Shown here piece after piece: positions 11,436 to 23,330 of a DNA stretch of 64,000 nucleotides. The stretch's first letter is position 1. The number at the start of each line of letters is the position of its first letter. A program made the position numbers and the translations under genes. This DNA is from an uncultured Clostridium sp. (lineage in GTDB: Bacteria; Bacillota; Clostridia; Ch29): contig CAZVBE010000009.1 of the NCBI GenBank assembly GCA_964625335.1, positions 13,494-77,493 of the forward strand, given 5' to 3'. The notes under the pieces are model-generated. The model was not told the DNA's origin. It made no database searches and was given only the letters and a program-made list of their open reading frames with translations.

Positions 11436-11482
11436 ATGCAAATAAAGCCCCTACCCGAAAAAGGTAGGGGCTTTATTTGCAT
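11436..11482 (+). terminator. Rho-independent terminator with a 20-bp perfect palindrome
   Basis: atgcaaataaagcccctacc-cgaaaaa-ggtaggggctttatttgcat followed by a T-rich tail. It lies immediately 3' of the LuxR-family gene. Confidence 0.8.
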
Positions 11483-11588
11483 AAACTACCCGATTCGGGT
11501 GGGTTCAAGTTTCGTTTATCATGCTAGTATACAATTGGCAACAGATTTTGCCAATCCAATTATAATACGAAAGGGAGTGTTCTCTTTG

Positions 11589-12677
11589 ATGAAAAAGCTA
11601 GTCATCATTCTGGTGCTGGTCATGCTATTTTCAGTTATGACAGCGCTTCCCGCGGCAGCCGCCTTAACTCCCATATCCGGCACGGTGCTCAATGATCAGC
11701 TAAGCTTCAAAATTGGCGGCAAGGCCGCTGTACCGGTAGGGGACGACGGCACGCCGGTGCTGCCCATATCCTATAACGGCACCACATACCTGCCGGTGCG
11801 GGCCATAGGCTATCTGCTAGGGCTTGGAATAGACTGGGACGGCGATACCAATACAGTACTCATCACCAGCTCTGCAACAAAAGCGGCACCCAAAGCCACT
11901 GCAGCTGCCAAAACCAACAAACTGATACCCATTTCCGGGGCGGTACTAAACGATGACCTGAAGTTCAAACTGGACGGCAAGGCCGCTGTACCGGTTGGGG
12001 ACGACGGCACGCCGGTGCTGCCCATATCCTATAACGGCACCACATACCTGCCGGTGCGGGCCATGGGCTATCTGTTGGGGCTTGGAATCGACTGGGACGG
12101 CGGTACCAATACAGTGCTCATCACCAGCTCTGCAACAAAAGCGGCACCCCCGACCGCCGGCGGCGGACCGGGCTGGTATTTCACCAATTGGGAATATATA
12201 AAAAGCCCCGGTGATACGACTGATACGGGGGGAAAGGTAGGAAAATTCGCAAACGGGGACACATATACCGATTACCTGGAAGGCAAGGGCGAGAAGAACG
12301 ATTTCACAATAGTTACGGCACGGAAATTATCAAACGGTACTGTTGCTGCTTCCGGCCATGTAACCACCACATGGACAGACCCGCCTGAATATTTCGGCGC
12401 AAACGACCGGCCTACCATTACCGTTAATCGGACAGTGGATTCCACATGGGGGATCAACGCCTTCTCTATTTCCTTTGATATGCACGATATTAACCCCGGG
12501 GGCGCAACAATGGGCAAAATCAACTTTGCATCGCCTGACGGGCAAACGCACGTACAGGCCTACAAGGGAACCATGCAGATGCAAAAAGCAAAGACGGGTA
12601 AAGCCGGCGACAAGATGGCTGTCATTTTTCATCTGAACTGGTACGGCTTTAAATATTATTACGAGTGGCGGGAATAG
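11589..12677 (+). CDS. Secreted protein with a signal peptide, two tandem ~86-aa copper-amine-oxidase-N-terminal-like (stalk) repeats and a C-terminal domain of unknown function
   Basis: Start ATG at 11589 (or TTG at 11586) after an AAGGGAG SD. The N-terminus MKKLVIILVLVMLFSVMTALPAAAA is a signal peptide. The repeats are of the form ...PVLPISYNGTTYLPVRAIGYLLGLGIDWDG... Confidence 0.8.
   Translation: MKKLVIILVLVMLFSVMTALPAAAALTPISGTVLNDQLSFKIGGKAAVPVGDDGTPVLPISYNGTTYLPVRAIGYLLGLGIDWDGDTNTVLITSSATKAAPKATAAAKTNKLIPISGAVLNDDLKFKLDGKAAVPVGDDGTPVLPISYNGTTYLPVRAMGYLLGLGIDWDGGTNTVLITSSATKAAPPTAGGGPGWYFTNWEYIKSPGDTTDTGGKVGKFANGDTYTDYLEGKGEKNDFTIVTARKLSNGTVAASGHVTTTWTDPPEYFGANDRPTITVNRTVDSTWGINAFSISFDMHDINPGGATMGKINFASPDGQTHVQAYKGTMQMQKAKTGKAGDKMAVIFHLNWYGFKYYYEWRE
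11670..12150 (+). repeat. Intragenic tandem duplication (2 x ~225 bp, period 258 bp), about 90% identical
   Basis: Direct comparison of 11670-11891 with 11928-12150. The last ~170 bp of each copy are nearly identical. Confidence 0.9.
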
Positions 12678-12725
12678 TATACAATTTTTTTAAACCCTAT
12701 ATGTCCCGTGCGAAATGTGCTTGCG

Positions 12726-12765
12726 AAAAGCCCCTTCCCGAAAAAGGCGGGGGCCTTTTTTCGCA
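12726..12765 (+). terminator. Putative rho-independent terminator, paralogous in sequence to the one at 11436
   Basis: aaaagccccttcccgaaaaaggcgggggcctttttt. It has a short GC stem plus T6 and shares AAAGCCCCT.CCCGAAAAAGG with the upstream terminator. Confidence 0.5.
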
Positions 12766-12855
12766 GACTGCCCGGGCCGGGTACTTTTTTCTGTACATAG
12801 ACTGTTATTCTGTTATAGACGGAAAAAATGCTTGACGGTAAAAGGAGGAGTTTGT

Positions 12856-13386
12856 TTGAAGGCGATTATTCGAAGAAGGAATGCCTTTGCAGTTTTTACC
12901 GCACTCGGTGTTACTATCAGCGTTTTGATTATTATATGCGGCATACGTATACCGGAAATCCCCACACGGCTTTTACTCGCTGTCAGCATCCCGTCAAGCG
13001 CATGGCTGGCTGTCTATTGGATACAGGAATACAGGAAACTGCAAACGGCTCAGCTGATAGTTGAAAACCGGATTCTGCACATCTGCACCGCCTCCGCCGG
13101 CGAAGGGGACGGCGATACTGCAAAACCGGAAAATGTTGAGAATACCGAGGTATTTATATCCTACTTTGGTATCCTACTTGACACAAAAATAATCAGATTT
13201 AATCAGGACAAAATCTTTTTGAAAGCCGTAGAAATCGGGCGGGATTTTATCTCCCTCTCTTATGGTACAGATAAAAGGGTACAGAACATACGGTTTCTGC
13301 GTACTGTGACAAGCAGCGAGGAACTAGAAAACATTGTAAAGCAGTTCCGGGATGAAACCGGCATTGTGCCTGTAATAACAGATTAA
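12856..13386 (+). CDS. Hypothetical membrane protein (2 N-terminal TM helices plus a cytoplasmic domain)
   Basis: TTG start at 12856 after an AAAGGAGG SD: MKAIIRRRNAFAVFTALGVTISVLIIICGI... I recognise no family. Confidence 0.55.
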   Translation: MKAIIRRRNAFAVFTALGVTISVLIIICGIRIPEIPTRLLLAVSIPSSAWLAVYWIQEYRKLQTAQLIVENRILHICTASAGEGDGDTAKPENVENTEVFISYFGILLDTKIIRFNQDKIFLKAVEIGRDFISLSYGTDKRVQNIRFLRTVTSSEELENIVKQFRDETGIVPVITD

Positions 13387-13406
13387 TAAAGGGAAGGTGA
13401 GGTTTT

Positions 13407-13982
13407 ATGCACGGATTTTCGCCCAGGATAAGCGACCCGGCCTTTGCTAAATATATCAAAAACACCAACCGCTGGTCGGCCATATTCTCCATCATTGTGG
13501 CCATCGTCGCAGTTATCGGTTTTTATATCGCCGGCGAGAAGGGCGCAGAGGGTATGGATAACCCGCAGTCGCTTTTTATCGGCCTTGGCGTTGGCGGTAT
13601 GTTTGTTGTCATTGCGTTGTTTCAGATTTTAGGCAGAAAGCGCAGTTCAACCTGGGATGGTACGGTGGAGGATAAAAAGGTTAAAAAGAAAACCGAGAAA
13701 CATACCTACGGGGATGGTGATGTCCGGTATGAGGATTATCTTGAATACTCGGTCATAATCCGCAGCGATACCGGAAAAAAACATGTATTAAAGGCAAGAG
13801 ACGACACCACGCTTTATAACTATTATCGCATCGGTGACCGGGTGCGGCATCATGCAGGCTTAAACTCCTACGAGAAATTCGATAAAACAGGCGATAAATT
13901 CATACCCTGCAACGCCTGTGCGAGCTTAAATGATATAAACGACGATTACTGCTTCCGCTGCAAATGCCCGCTGCTGAAGTAA
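13407..13982 (+). CDS. Hypothetical membrane protein with a C-terminal zinc-ribbon-like motif
   Basis: 191-aa ORF, ATG after an AAGGGAAGGTGAGG SD. It has two TM helices, and the C-terminus is CNACASLNDINDDYCFRCKC. Confidence 0.6.
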   Translation: MHGFSPRISDPAFAKYIKNTNRWSAIFSIIVAIVAVIGFYIAGEKGAEGMDNPQSLFIGLGVGGMFVVIALFQILGRKRSSTWDGTVEDKKVKKKTEKHTYGDGDVRYEDYLEYSVIIRSDTGKKHVLKARDDTTLYNYYRIGDRVRHHAGLNSYEKFDKTGDKFIPCNACASLNDINDDYCFRCKCPLLK

Positions 13983-14082
13983 TAAAAAAATAAATTTTCC
14001 GGTTGCGGTTGAAAAAAACAGTTTACGAATCGATTCACTGGTAAAGACATGGAACGAGTCGGGGATCAGCGCGCAAATCAAG

Positions 14083-14116
14083 GGGGACCGGCGGTGAACC
14101 GCGGACCGGTCCCCCG
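14083..14116. other. GC-rich 10-bp-stem hairpin gggggaccgg-N14-ccggtccccc, followed by an 11-bp palindrome ccctattaggg
   Basis: The perfect inverted repeat is seen directly in the sequence. There is no clean T-tract, so its function is unclear. Confidence 0.5.
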
Positions 14117-14178
14117 CATACTGATTACCCTATTAGGGATAACCCTTGCCCCTACTTATGTTTCCGGGGGCTTTGCGA

Positions 14179-14223
14179 AGCAAGAGAACCGTCCCCTTGC
14201 TTTTTCTCCCCCTTGCTTTCCTG
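14179..14223. repeat. One full plus one degenerate copy of the 22-nt palindromic unit aagcaagAGAACCGTCCCcttgcttt, flanking the guaA 3' fragment
   Basis: The same unit occurs three times in tandem at 14980-15058. Each unit can fold as a 7-bp stem aagcaag/cttgctt. Confidence 0.85.
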
Positions 14224-14979
14224 TTATTCCCACTCTATGGTACCCGGCGGTTTTGTGGTGATATCGTAAACCACCCGGTTAATACCCTTTACATTGTTTA
14301 CAATTCTTGATGATATGGTCTCCAGCACACGATAGGGTATTTTGGCCCAGTCTGCCGTCATACCGTCCGAGCTGGTTACAGCCCTTACAGCCACCACATG
14401 GTCGTAGGTCCTTTCATCCCCCATAACGCCAACCGATTTGACGTCCGGCAGCACGGCAAAATACTGCCATATTTCCCTTTCCAGGCCGGCGTTTGCTATC
14501 TCTTGTCTTACTATTGCATCGGCTTCCTTCAATATTTTAAGTTTGTCCCCTGTTATATTGCCTATTACCCGTATGGCAAGACCGGGCCCCGGAAATGGCT
14601 GCCGCCATACCTGCTGTGCCGGAATCCCGAGGTCGGTTCCCACCTTCCTTACCTCATCCTTGAAAAGTGACCTCAAGGGTTCAATAAGGGAAAGGGTCAT
14701 ATCCTCAGGCAGTCCGCCGACATTGTGATGGCTCTTTATTACCGAGGCCACCTTGCTTCCGCTCTCTATCACATCGGGATAGATTGTTCCCTGTACGAGA
14801 AAATCCACCTTTCCGAGCTTACCCGCCTCTTCCTCGAACACCCTTATGAATTCCCCGCCAATTATCTTCCTTTTTGCTTCGGGGTCGGTTATGCCTTCCA
14901 GCCGGCTTAAAAATCTGTCTCTGGCGTCCACCGTAATAAGGTTTATGTTAAACAGGTCCCTGAATACCCTTTCCACCTG
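14224..14979 (-). pseudogene. Exact 756-bp duplicate of the 3' end of guaA, encoding the C-terminal 251 codons with no PP-loop, SD or promoter
   Basis: 100% nucleotide identity between 14224-14979 and 15059-15814 (offset 835). The six-frame ORFs on both strands are identical between the two regions. Confidence 0.85.
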
Positions 14980-15058
14980 GAAGCAAGAGAACCGTCCCCT
15001 TGCTTTCCCTTGCAGAGAACCGTCCCCTTGCTTTCGAGAGAACCGTCCCCTTGCTTTC
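14980..15058. repeat. Tandem array of three copies (periods 28, 28, 23 nt) of the unit GAGAACCGTCCCCTTGCTTTC, between the guaA fragment and the full-length guaA stop codon
   Basis: gaagcaagagaaccgtccccttgctttc / ccttgcagagaaccgtccccttgctttc / gagagaaccgtccccttgctttc. Confidence 0.9.
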
Positions 15059-16597
15059 TTATTCCCACTCTATGGTACCCGGCGGTTTTGTGGTGATATC
15101 GTAAACCACCCGGTTAATACCCTTTACATTGTTTACAATTCTTGATGATATGGTCTCCAGCACACGATAGGGTATTTTGGCCCAGTCTGCCGTCATACCG
15201 TCCGAGCTGGTTACAGCCCTTACAGCCACCACATGGTCGTAGGTCCTTTCATCCCCCATAACGCCAACCGATTTGACGTCCGGCAGCACGGCAAAATACT
15301 GCCATATTTCCCTTTCCAGGCCGGCGTTTGCTATCTCTTGTCTTACTATTGCATCGGCTTCCTTCAATATTTTAAGTTTGTCCCCTGTTATATTGCCTAT
15401 TACCCGTATGGCAAGACCGGGCCCCGGAAATGGCTGCCGCCATACCTGCTGTGCCGGAATCCCGAGGTCGGTTCCCACCTTCCTTACCTCATCCTTGAAA
15501 AGTGACCTCAAGGGTTCAATAAGGGAAAGGGTCATATCCTCAGGCAGTCCGCCGACATTGTGATGGCTCTTTATTACCGAGGCCACCTTGCTTCCGCTCT
15601 CTATCACATCGGGATAGATTGTTCCCTGTACGAGAAAATCCACCTTTCCGAGCTTACCCGCCTCTTCCTCGAACACCCTTATGAATTCCCCGCCAATTAT
15701 CTTCCTTTTTGCTTCGGGGTCGGTTATGCCTTCCAGCCGGCTTAAAAATCTGTCTCTGGCGTCCACCGTAATAAGGTTTATGTTAAACAGGTCCCTGAAT
15801 ACCCTTTCCACCTGTATCTCCTCGTCCTTGCGCAAAAGACCGTGGTTTACAAATATGCAGGTAAGCCGGTCTCCTACCGCTCTGTGCACCAAAACCGCAG
15901 CCACAGAGGAATCCACACCGCCGCTTAGGGCGCACACGACTTTTTTGCCGCCCACCGTTTCCCGGATGCTTTTTACCTGGTCCTCGATAAAACCGCTCAT
16001 GTCCCAGTCGGGCTTGCAGTCGCATATATCAAATATGAAATTGGACAAAAGCTCCGGGCCTATTGGCGTGTGCTCTACCTCCGGATGAAACTGGACCGCA
16101 TAAAGCTTTCTCTCGACATCCGCCATGGCGGCTACCGGACAGCCTTCTGTGACGGCGGTTATTTCAAAACCCTCGGGAGGCCTGTCGATATAACAGGTAT
16201 GACTCATCCAGCATACGGTTTGGCCTTCAATATTCTTAAAAATATGCTGCTGTTCCTTTATATATAAATCCGTCTTTCCGTATTCCCTGGACGGAGCCTT
16301 TTTAACGCTGCCGCCAAAAACATGGGCAATAAGCTGTGCTCCGTAGCAAATCCCCAGAATGGGTATGCCCATTTCAAGTACATCTTTATGGCACACGGGG
16401 GCGCCCTCTTCAAATACGCTGCTTGGCCCCCCTGTTAAGATTATCCCCTTTGGGTTTTTTGCCCTTATCTCGTCGGGGGAAGTGTCGTAGGGCAGTACTT
16501 CGCTGTAAACATGCAAATCCCTTATCCTTCTGGCTATTAACTGGTTATACTGACCTCCAAAATCCAGTACTAAAATTCTGTCGGTTGGCTGTGTCAT
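15059..16597 (-). CDS. guaA: GMP synthase (glutamine-hydrolysing)
   Basis: 512-aa [42 protein letters not shown]... with the GATase domain and the PP-loop SGGVDSSV. It follows guaB directly, so the two form an operon. Confidence 0.96.
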   Translation of the reverse strand: MTQPTDRILVLDFGGQYNQLIARRIRDLHVYSEVLPYDTSPDEIRAKNPKGIILTGGPSSVFEEGAPVCHKDVLEMGIPILGICYGAQLIAHVFGGSVKKAPSREYGKTDLYIKEQQHIFKNIEGQTVCWMSHTCYIDRPPEGFEITAVTEGCPVAAMADVERKLYAVQFHPEVEHTPIGPELLSNFIFDICDCKPDWDMSGFIEDQVKSIRETVGGKKVVCALSGGVDSSVAAVLVHRAVGDRLTCIFVNHGLLRKDEEIQVERVFRDLFNINLITVDARDRFLSRLEGITDPEAKRKIIGGEFIRVFEEEAGKLGKVDFLVQGTIYPDVIESGSKVASVIKSHHNVGGLPEDMTLSLIEPLRSLFKDEVRKVGTDLGIPAQQVWRQPFPGPGLAIRVIGNITGDKLKILKEADAIVRQEIANAGLEREIWQYFAVLPDVKSVGVMGDERTYDHVVAVRAVTSSDGMTADWAKIPYRVLETISSRIVNNVKGINRVVYDITTKPPGTIEWE

Positions 16598-16612
16598 TAT
16601 TCTACCCCTCTC

Positions 16613-18091
<1,479 letters not shown>

Positions 18092-18135
18092 CTAGTATAC
18101 CAAGAATCCATTCCATGAATTAGGTATTTTTGAGT

Positions 18136-18164
18136 ATTATAGTCAAATAAAACGCCCTTGTCAA
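18136..18164 (-). promoter_or_regulatory. Sigma-A-type promoter of guaB-guaA
   Basis: On the minus strand: TTGACA (rc of 18159-18164), a 17-bp spacer, TATAAT (rc of 18136-18141). It is about 60 nt upstream of the guaB ATG. Confidence 0.6.
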
Positions 18165-18394
18165 ATACTATATCCCACTCTCGTGATTTATTCCATGGTT
18201 TCGTATTTTTCGGCCATATTCCGCATACTTTCAATTATTATTATACCAAAAATATACTGTAAAACCCTTATTAGTTTTTATGGTTAATTTCCAATACAGG
18301 GGTATTATTTCTCTAAGGGTAACAATTTACCCAAATAAAAACGTATTAGAGGACAATAATATACAAAAGAAGTTTACTATAAGGAGGTCATCAA

Positions 18395-18625
18395 ATGGAG
18401 GATTTCAGTCCCTCAGAGGCTATTGAGCCGTTGTCGTCCAAAAATCTGACAATTCTTGAGGAACAACTGTCCCAGGAAACCCTGATAATACTTAAGCTGA
18501 AGCAGTATTCAAAGCAGTGTCAGGATTCCGAGCTAAAAAACCTCTGCAGTCAACTGGCGGAAAAACACAAGAATAATTACAACACCCTGCTTAACTATGT
18601 GGTTTCCCACATAAGCAGCGGATAA
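18395..18625 (+). CDS. Small spore-coat-protein-F-like (coat F domain) protein
   Basis: 76-aa ORF after an AAGGAGG SD. It has helical coat-F-like features (LTILEEQLSQETLIILKLKQYSKQCQD). Confidence 0.55.
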   Translation: MEDFSPSEAIEPLSSKNLTILEEQLSQETLIILKLKQYSKQCQDSELKNLCSQLAEKHKNNYNTLLNYVVSHISSG

Positions 18626-18637
18626 GGAGGTTTCCAA

Positions 18638-18904
18638 ATGAGCGGCGTTGAATACTTTGGGGATAAGGAAATCCTGAAGGATTTGCTGGTATCCGAAAAA
18701 CATTTGTCCGGTTCATATAATACCTGCGTCAATGAAAGCACAAGCAAGATCCTCGGCGATATACTTGAAAATATCCTGAATGAAACCCATAAAATGCATT
18801 GGGATATATCGTCCGCCATGATAAAACGGGGCTGGTACAGAAGCAAGTATGCCGCCAGCAGGGATATTGAAATGATAAAACATAAGTATAAGCAGCTTAA
18901 CTAA
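18638..18904 (+). CDS. Spore-coat-protein-F-like (coat F domain) protein
   Basis: 88-aa ORF after an AAGGAGG SD. DKEILKDLLVSEKHLSGSYNTCVNEST... resembles the coat F domain. Confidence 0.6.
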   Translation: MSGVEYFGDKEILKDLLVSEKHLSGSYNTCVNESTSKILGDILENILNETHKMHWDISSAMIKRGWYRSKYAASRDIEMIKHKYKQLN

Positions 18905-18936
18905 AAAAGAAGCCGCTTGAAAACGGCTTCTTTTTT
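18903..18936. terminator. Bidirectional rho-independent terminator shared by the convergent coat F gene and groEL
   Basis: aaaaaagaagccg-cttgaaaa-cggcttctttttt, a perfect stem with an A-tract and a T-tract on either side. Confidence 0.85.
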
Positions 18937-18937
18937 A

Positions 18938-20584
<1,647 letters not shown>

Positions 20585-20606
20585 TCACTCCTTTTTATTG
20601 TATTGC

Positions 20607-20891
20607 TTACTCTATTACTGCAAGTATATCGCTCTGCCTGAGAATGAGATATTCCTGCTCATCCATCTTGATTTCAGTGCCCGCATACTTGGAATAAATA
20701 ACACGGTCTCCTGCCTTTACTTCAAGGGGAACCCTCTTGCCATCCACCAATTCTCCGCTTCCTATCGCCAGGACTTCACCCTCCTGGGGCTTTTCCTTTG
20801 CGGTTTCCGGCAGTACAATACCGCTCTTGGTAGTTTCCTGTTTTTCCAGAACCTTTACAACAATCCTGTCTCCTAATGGTTTGATGTTCAT
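20607..20891 (-). CDS. groES: Co-chaperonin GroES
   Basis: 94-aa [32 protein letters not shown]..., with a GAGGAGGG SD. Confidence 0.97.
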   Translation of the reverse strand: MNIKPLGDRIVVKVLEKQETTKSGIVLPETAKEKPQEGEVLAIGSGELVDGKRVPLEVKAGDRVIYSKYAGTEIKMDEQEYLILRQSDILAVIE

Positions 20892-20935
20892 ATTTTACCC
20901 TCCTCACCTATATGTATAGTTTTCCTTCTGTGTTG

Positions 20936-20962
20936 TTAGCACTCACTGCTGTCGAGTGCTAA
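20936..20962. promoter_or_regulatory. CIRCE element (HrcA operator)
   Basis: TTAGCACTC-actgctgtc-GAGTGCTAA, a perfect match to the consensus, sitting between the promoter and groES. Confidence 0.95.
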
Positions 20963-20973
20963 TTACAGTTACT

Positions 20974-21002
20974 ATAATATTAAAAGCCGGTTGAGTAATC
21001 AA
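20974..21002 (-). promoter_or_regulatory. Sigma-A promoter of groES-groEL
   Basis: On the minus strand: TTGATT (rc of 20997-21002), a 17-bp spacer, TATTAT (rc of 20974-20979). It lies directly upstream of CIRCE. Confidence 0.6.
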
Positions 21003-21110
21003 ACCCAATACCGGCCGGAAATCGTACATAATCGGTCATTTTTTTTGACTACGCTTAAATGTATCGCTTTTTCTCCGTATATCCATTATTTATACCCAGT
21101 TTCAGTAATT

Positions 21111-21992
21111 TCATCTTTTTCCGGCAGCTTTTCCCATGGTGCCCCTTGCATAATAGAACAAATACTGCTGCGCCACCCCGGCAATGGGACCGAATTTGCG
21201 GTTGGCGTACCGTCGTATTTCCGCCAGGGGCGTATCCTTTTTCAGGTAGTAATGCTCCATTACCCTCTTCACCCAAACGTCCACCGGAAATGCGTCGAAT
21301 TTTGCCATTGAGAACAGCATAATACAATCGGCCACCTTAGGCCCTACGCCGGCAAAGCACATAAGGCCGTTCCTTGCATCGGCGGTGCCCATGCCTGCCA
21401 GCCGCTCCAGATCCATCTCCCCTTCAGCCATAATCCGTGCAGCCTTGAGCACATATTTGGCCCTGAAGCCGCAGCCGCAGGCTAGTATATCCTCTTCGCC
21501 AAGCTGCGCTAAACGCCGGGGGGCAGGAAAATCGAAATAGGTTTCCCCTCCAAGTTTATGCTTTTCACCGTAAAGGCGGCACAGCCTTTCTATGGTAGAC
21601 TTAATTCTGGGTATCCTGTTGTTAGCTGATATTATAAAGGAAACCAGGGTCTCCCAGGTTTCCTGTTTAAGAATGCGTATGCCGTATCCGAATTCTATGG
21701 CCCTGGCCAGCACCGGATCCCCGGAGAGTTTCTCCTTTATTATGCCATAATCCCTTTCAAGGTCGAAATAGCTGGCCCAGTACCCGTTGAACTCACGCTC
21801 ATCGGTGCCGTCAAAGAGCACATCGCAGCCTTTTTTGAACACTCTGAGGGTTTTTCCCCCGGCAACACCCCTGTAGCTGCCGTCAGGCATTGCATTCCAG
21901 CGAAAGCACTGACCGCACTCGAAGATATGTGCGGGCTGAAAATCCTTCGCATCCTTTAACAGTATTCCGTTGTCCGTCTTGATATAGTGCAC
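21111..21992 (-). CDS. HhH-GPD family DNA glycosylase/AP lyase (8-oxoguanine DNA glycosylase, OGG-like)
   Basis: 293-aa ORF with a GTG start after a GGGAGG SD. It carries the HhH-GPD motif region GVGPKVADCIMLF...D. Confidence 0.75.
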   Translation of the reverse strand: MHYIKTDNGILLKDAKDFQPAHIFECGQCFRWNAMPDGSYRGVAGGKTLRVFKKGCDVLFDGTDEREFNGYWASYFDLERDYGIIKEKLSGDPVLARAIEFGYGIRILKQETWETLVSFIISANNRIPRIKSTIERLCRLYGEKHKLGGETYFDFPAPRRLAQLGEEDILACGCGFRAKYVLKAARIMAEGEMDLERLAGMGTADARNGLMCFAGVGPKVADCIMLFSMAKFDAFPVDVWVKRVMEHYYLKKDTPLAEIRRYANRKFGPIAGVAQQYLFYYARGTMGKAAGKR

Positions 21993-22157
21993 GAAATAGC
22001 CTCCCTTTGAAATCGCAGGTTACCGGTACCATATTGCAGATAACCGGGGGGCAGGTATCAAGTCTTCCGGCCTAAGCTTTTGCGGCCGGGCGGAACGGTC
22101 CCCTTCCGCACGTATCCATGAAACCCCGTGGGAACACGCGAAGTCCCCTATGTCTTG

Positions 22158-23177
22158 TCAATCGGGCAGTTTCATATCACCCGCCTTAATCCAGCCTCTC
22201 TTTCTCATGTATTGCGAAAATACAAAAGTAATAATGGCGGGGGCCGCAATATGCAAAATCAGCATTTTGGCAAAAACCGCCGGCTCCGAGCCCATCGCCG
22301 CCACCGTACCGAATTGTCCCACAAGTCCGCTGGTACCCATTCCCGCTCCCAGCGGAATGTTTTCCATTCTAAACATTGTGGTGGCAAAGGGACCGATAAC
22401 TGCAGAGGCCAGAGTAGGCGGAACCCATATAAGAGGGTTTCTCACAATATTCGGCACCTGAAGCATGGATGTACCCAAGCCCTGGGAAAAAAGACCGCCC
22501 CAGCCGTTCTCCCTGTAGCTGGCCACGGCAAAGCCTATCATCTGGGCACTGCAGCCCACCGTAGCGGCTCCGGCGGCAAGCCCCCCCAGCTGCAGCATAA
22601 TTGCAAGGGCTGCGCTGCTTATGGGCAGTGTAAGAACCATACCCATAATCACCGAAACCAGTATGCCCATCGGGATAGGATGAAGCTCCGTAGCCCACAT
22701 TATCCATTTACCCAGGCCGGTCATCACCGAAGAAATACCCGGCCCCACAAGCATGCCGGCCAGCACGCCCGTTATTATGGTGACAGCCGGTGTTACCAGT
22801 ATGTCCACCTTGGTTTCCCTGGATACCATTTTGCCAAACTCCGCCCCGATAACCGCCGCCACGAAAGCGCCCACAGGACCGCCAAGCTGGTTGCCCACCA
22901 TCCCGGTTATGGTTGATGCAAACATAACCAGGGGCGGAGCCTGCAGTCCATAGGCTACCGCCACCGCTATGGCCGGGCCTGTCATCTGCTGTGCTATTGG
23001 GTAAACGGTCTCATATAGAAAGGGTATTTTAAAATTTTCTCCTATTACCTTAAGTATAAGTCCGATGATAAGGGAGGCAAACAATCCCTGGGCCATGGCG
23101 CCCAAAGCTTGTACCCCATATCTGTGCAGTGAAATCTCTATATTTTTTCTCTTTAAAAACCCGGCCTTCTCTTCCAT
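22158..23177 (-). CDS. PTS EIIC-like (PTS_EIIC_2 family) integral membrane protein
   Basis: 339-aa polytopic membrane protein, MEEKAGFLKRKNIEISLHRYGVQALGAMAQGLFASLIIG..., which resembles the stand-alone EIIC-2 family. Confidence 0.6.
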   Translation of the reverse strand: MEEKAGFLKRKNIEISLHRYGVQALGAMAQGLFASLIIGLILKVIGENFKIPFLYETVYPIAQQMTGPAIAVAVAYGLQAPPLVMFASTITGMVGNQLGGPVGAFVAAVIGAEFGKMVSRETKVDILVTPAVTIITGVLAGMLVGPGISSVMTGLGKWIMWATELHPIPMGILVSVIMGMVLTLPISSAALAIMLQLGGLAAGAATVGCSAQMIGFAVASYRENGWGGLFSQGLGTSMLQVPNIVRNPLIWVPPTLASAVIGPFATTMFRMENIPLGAGMGTSGLVGQFGTVAAMGSEPAVFAKMLILHIAAPAIITFVFSQYMRKRGWIKAGDMKLPD

Positions 23178-23330
23178 TCAAAACCTCTCCCCATCTTATT
23201 TTTATTAATCCACAGGCAATGAAATTTATGTGTATATACACCTGTATTGACACATATATAATACCCGCCTTCATGCCAATTGTCAAGAAACAGGTAAATT
23301 TTGATCGCGTCAAGTTACTATGGGTTTTTA

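Noticed and set aside
11670-12150. Diversity-generating retroelement (TR/VR pair) suggested by A-to-N differences between the two intragenic repeats.
   Set aside because: Non-adenine positions also differ (C/G/T changes in the first 50 bp). Both copies are inside the same ORF. There is no reverse transcriptase or accessory gene nearby.
14224-14976. 250-aa ORF (MERVFRDLF...) called on the minus strand.
   Set aside because: It is an exact copy of the guaA C-terminal 251 codons, starting at an internal GTG (Val in the full protein). It has no SD or promoter and lacks the PP-loop, so it is treated as a pseudogene fragment of the duplication.
18150-18265. G-box-like motifs (GAATATGGCC, AAACC, GGAATAAAT) upstream of guaB, suggesting a second purine riboswitch.
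   Set aside because: The helices P2 and P3 cannot be formed. The segment also lies upstream of the consensus TTGACA-17-TATAAT promoter (18136-18164), so it would not be in the transcript.
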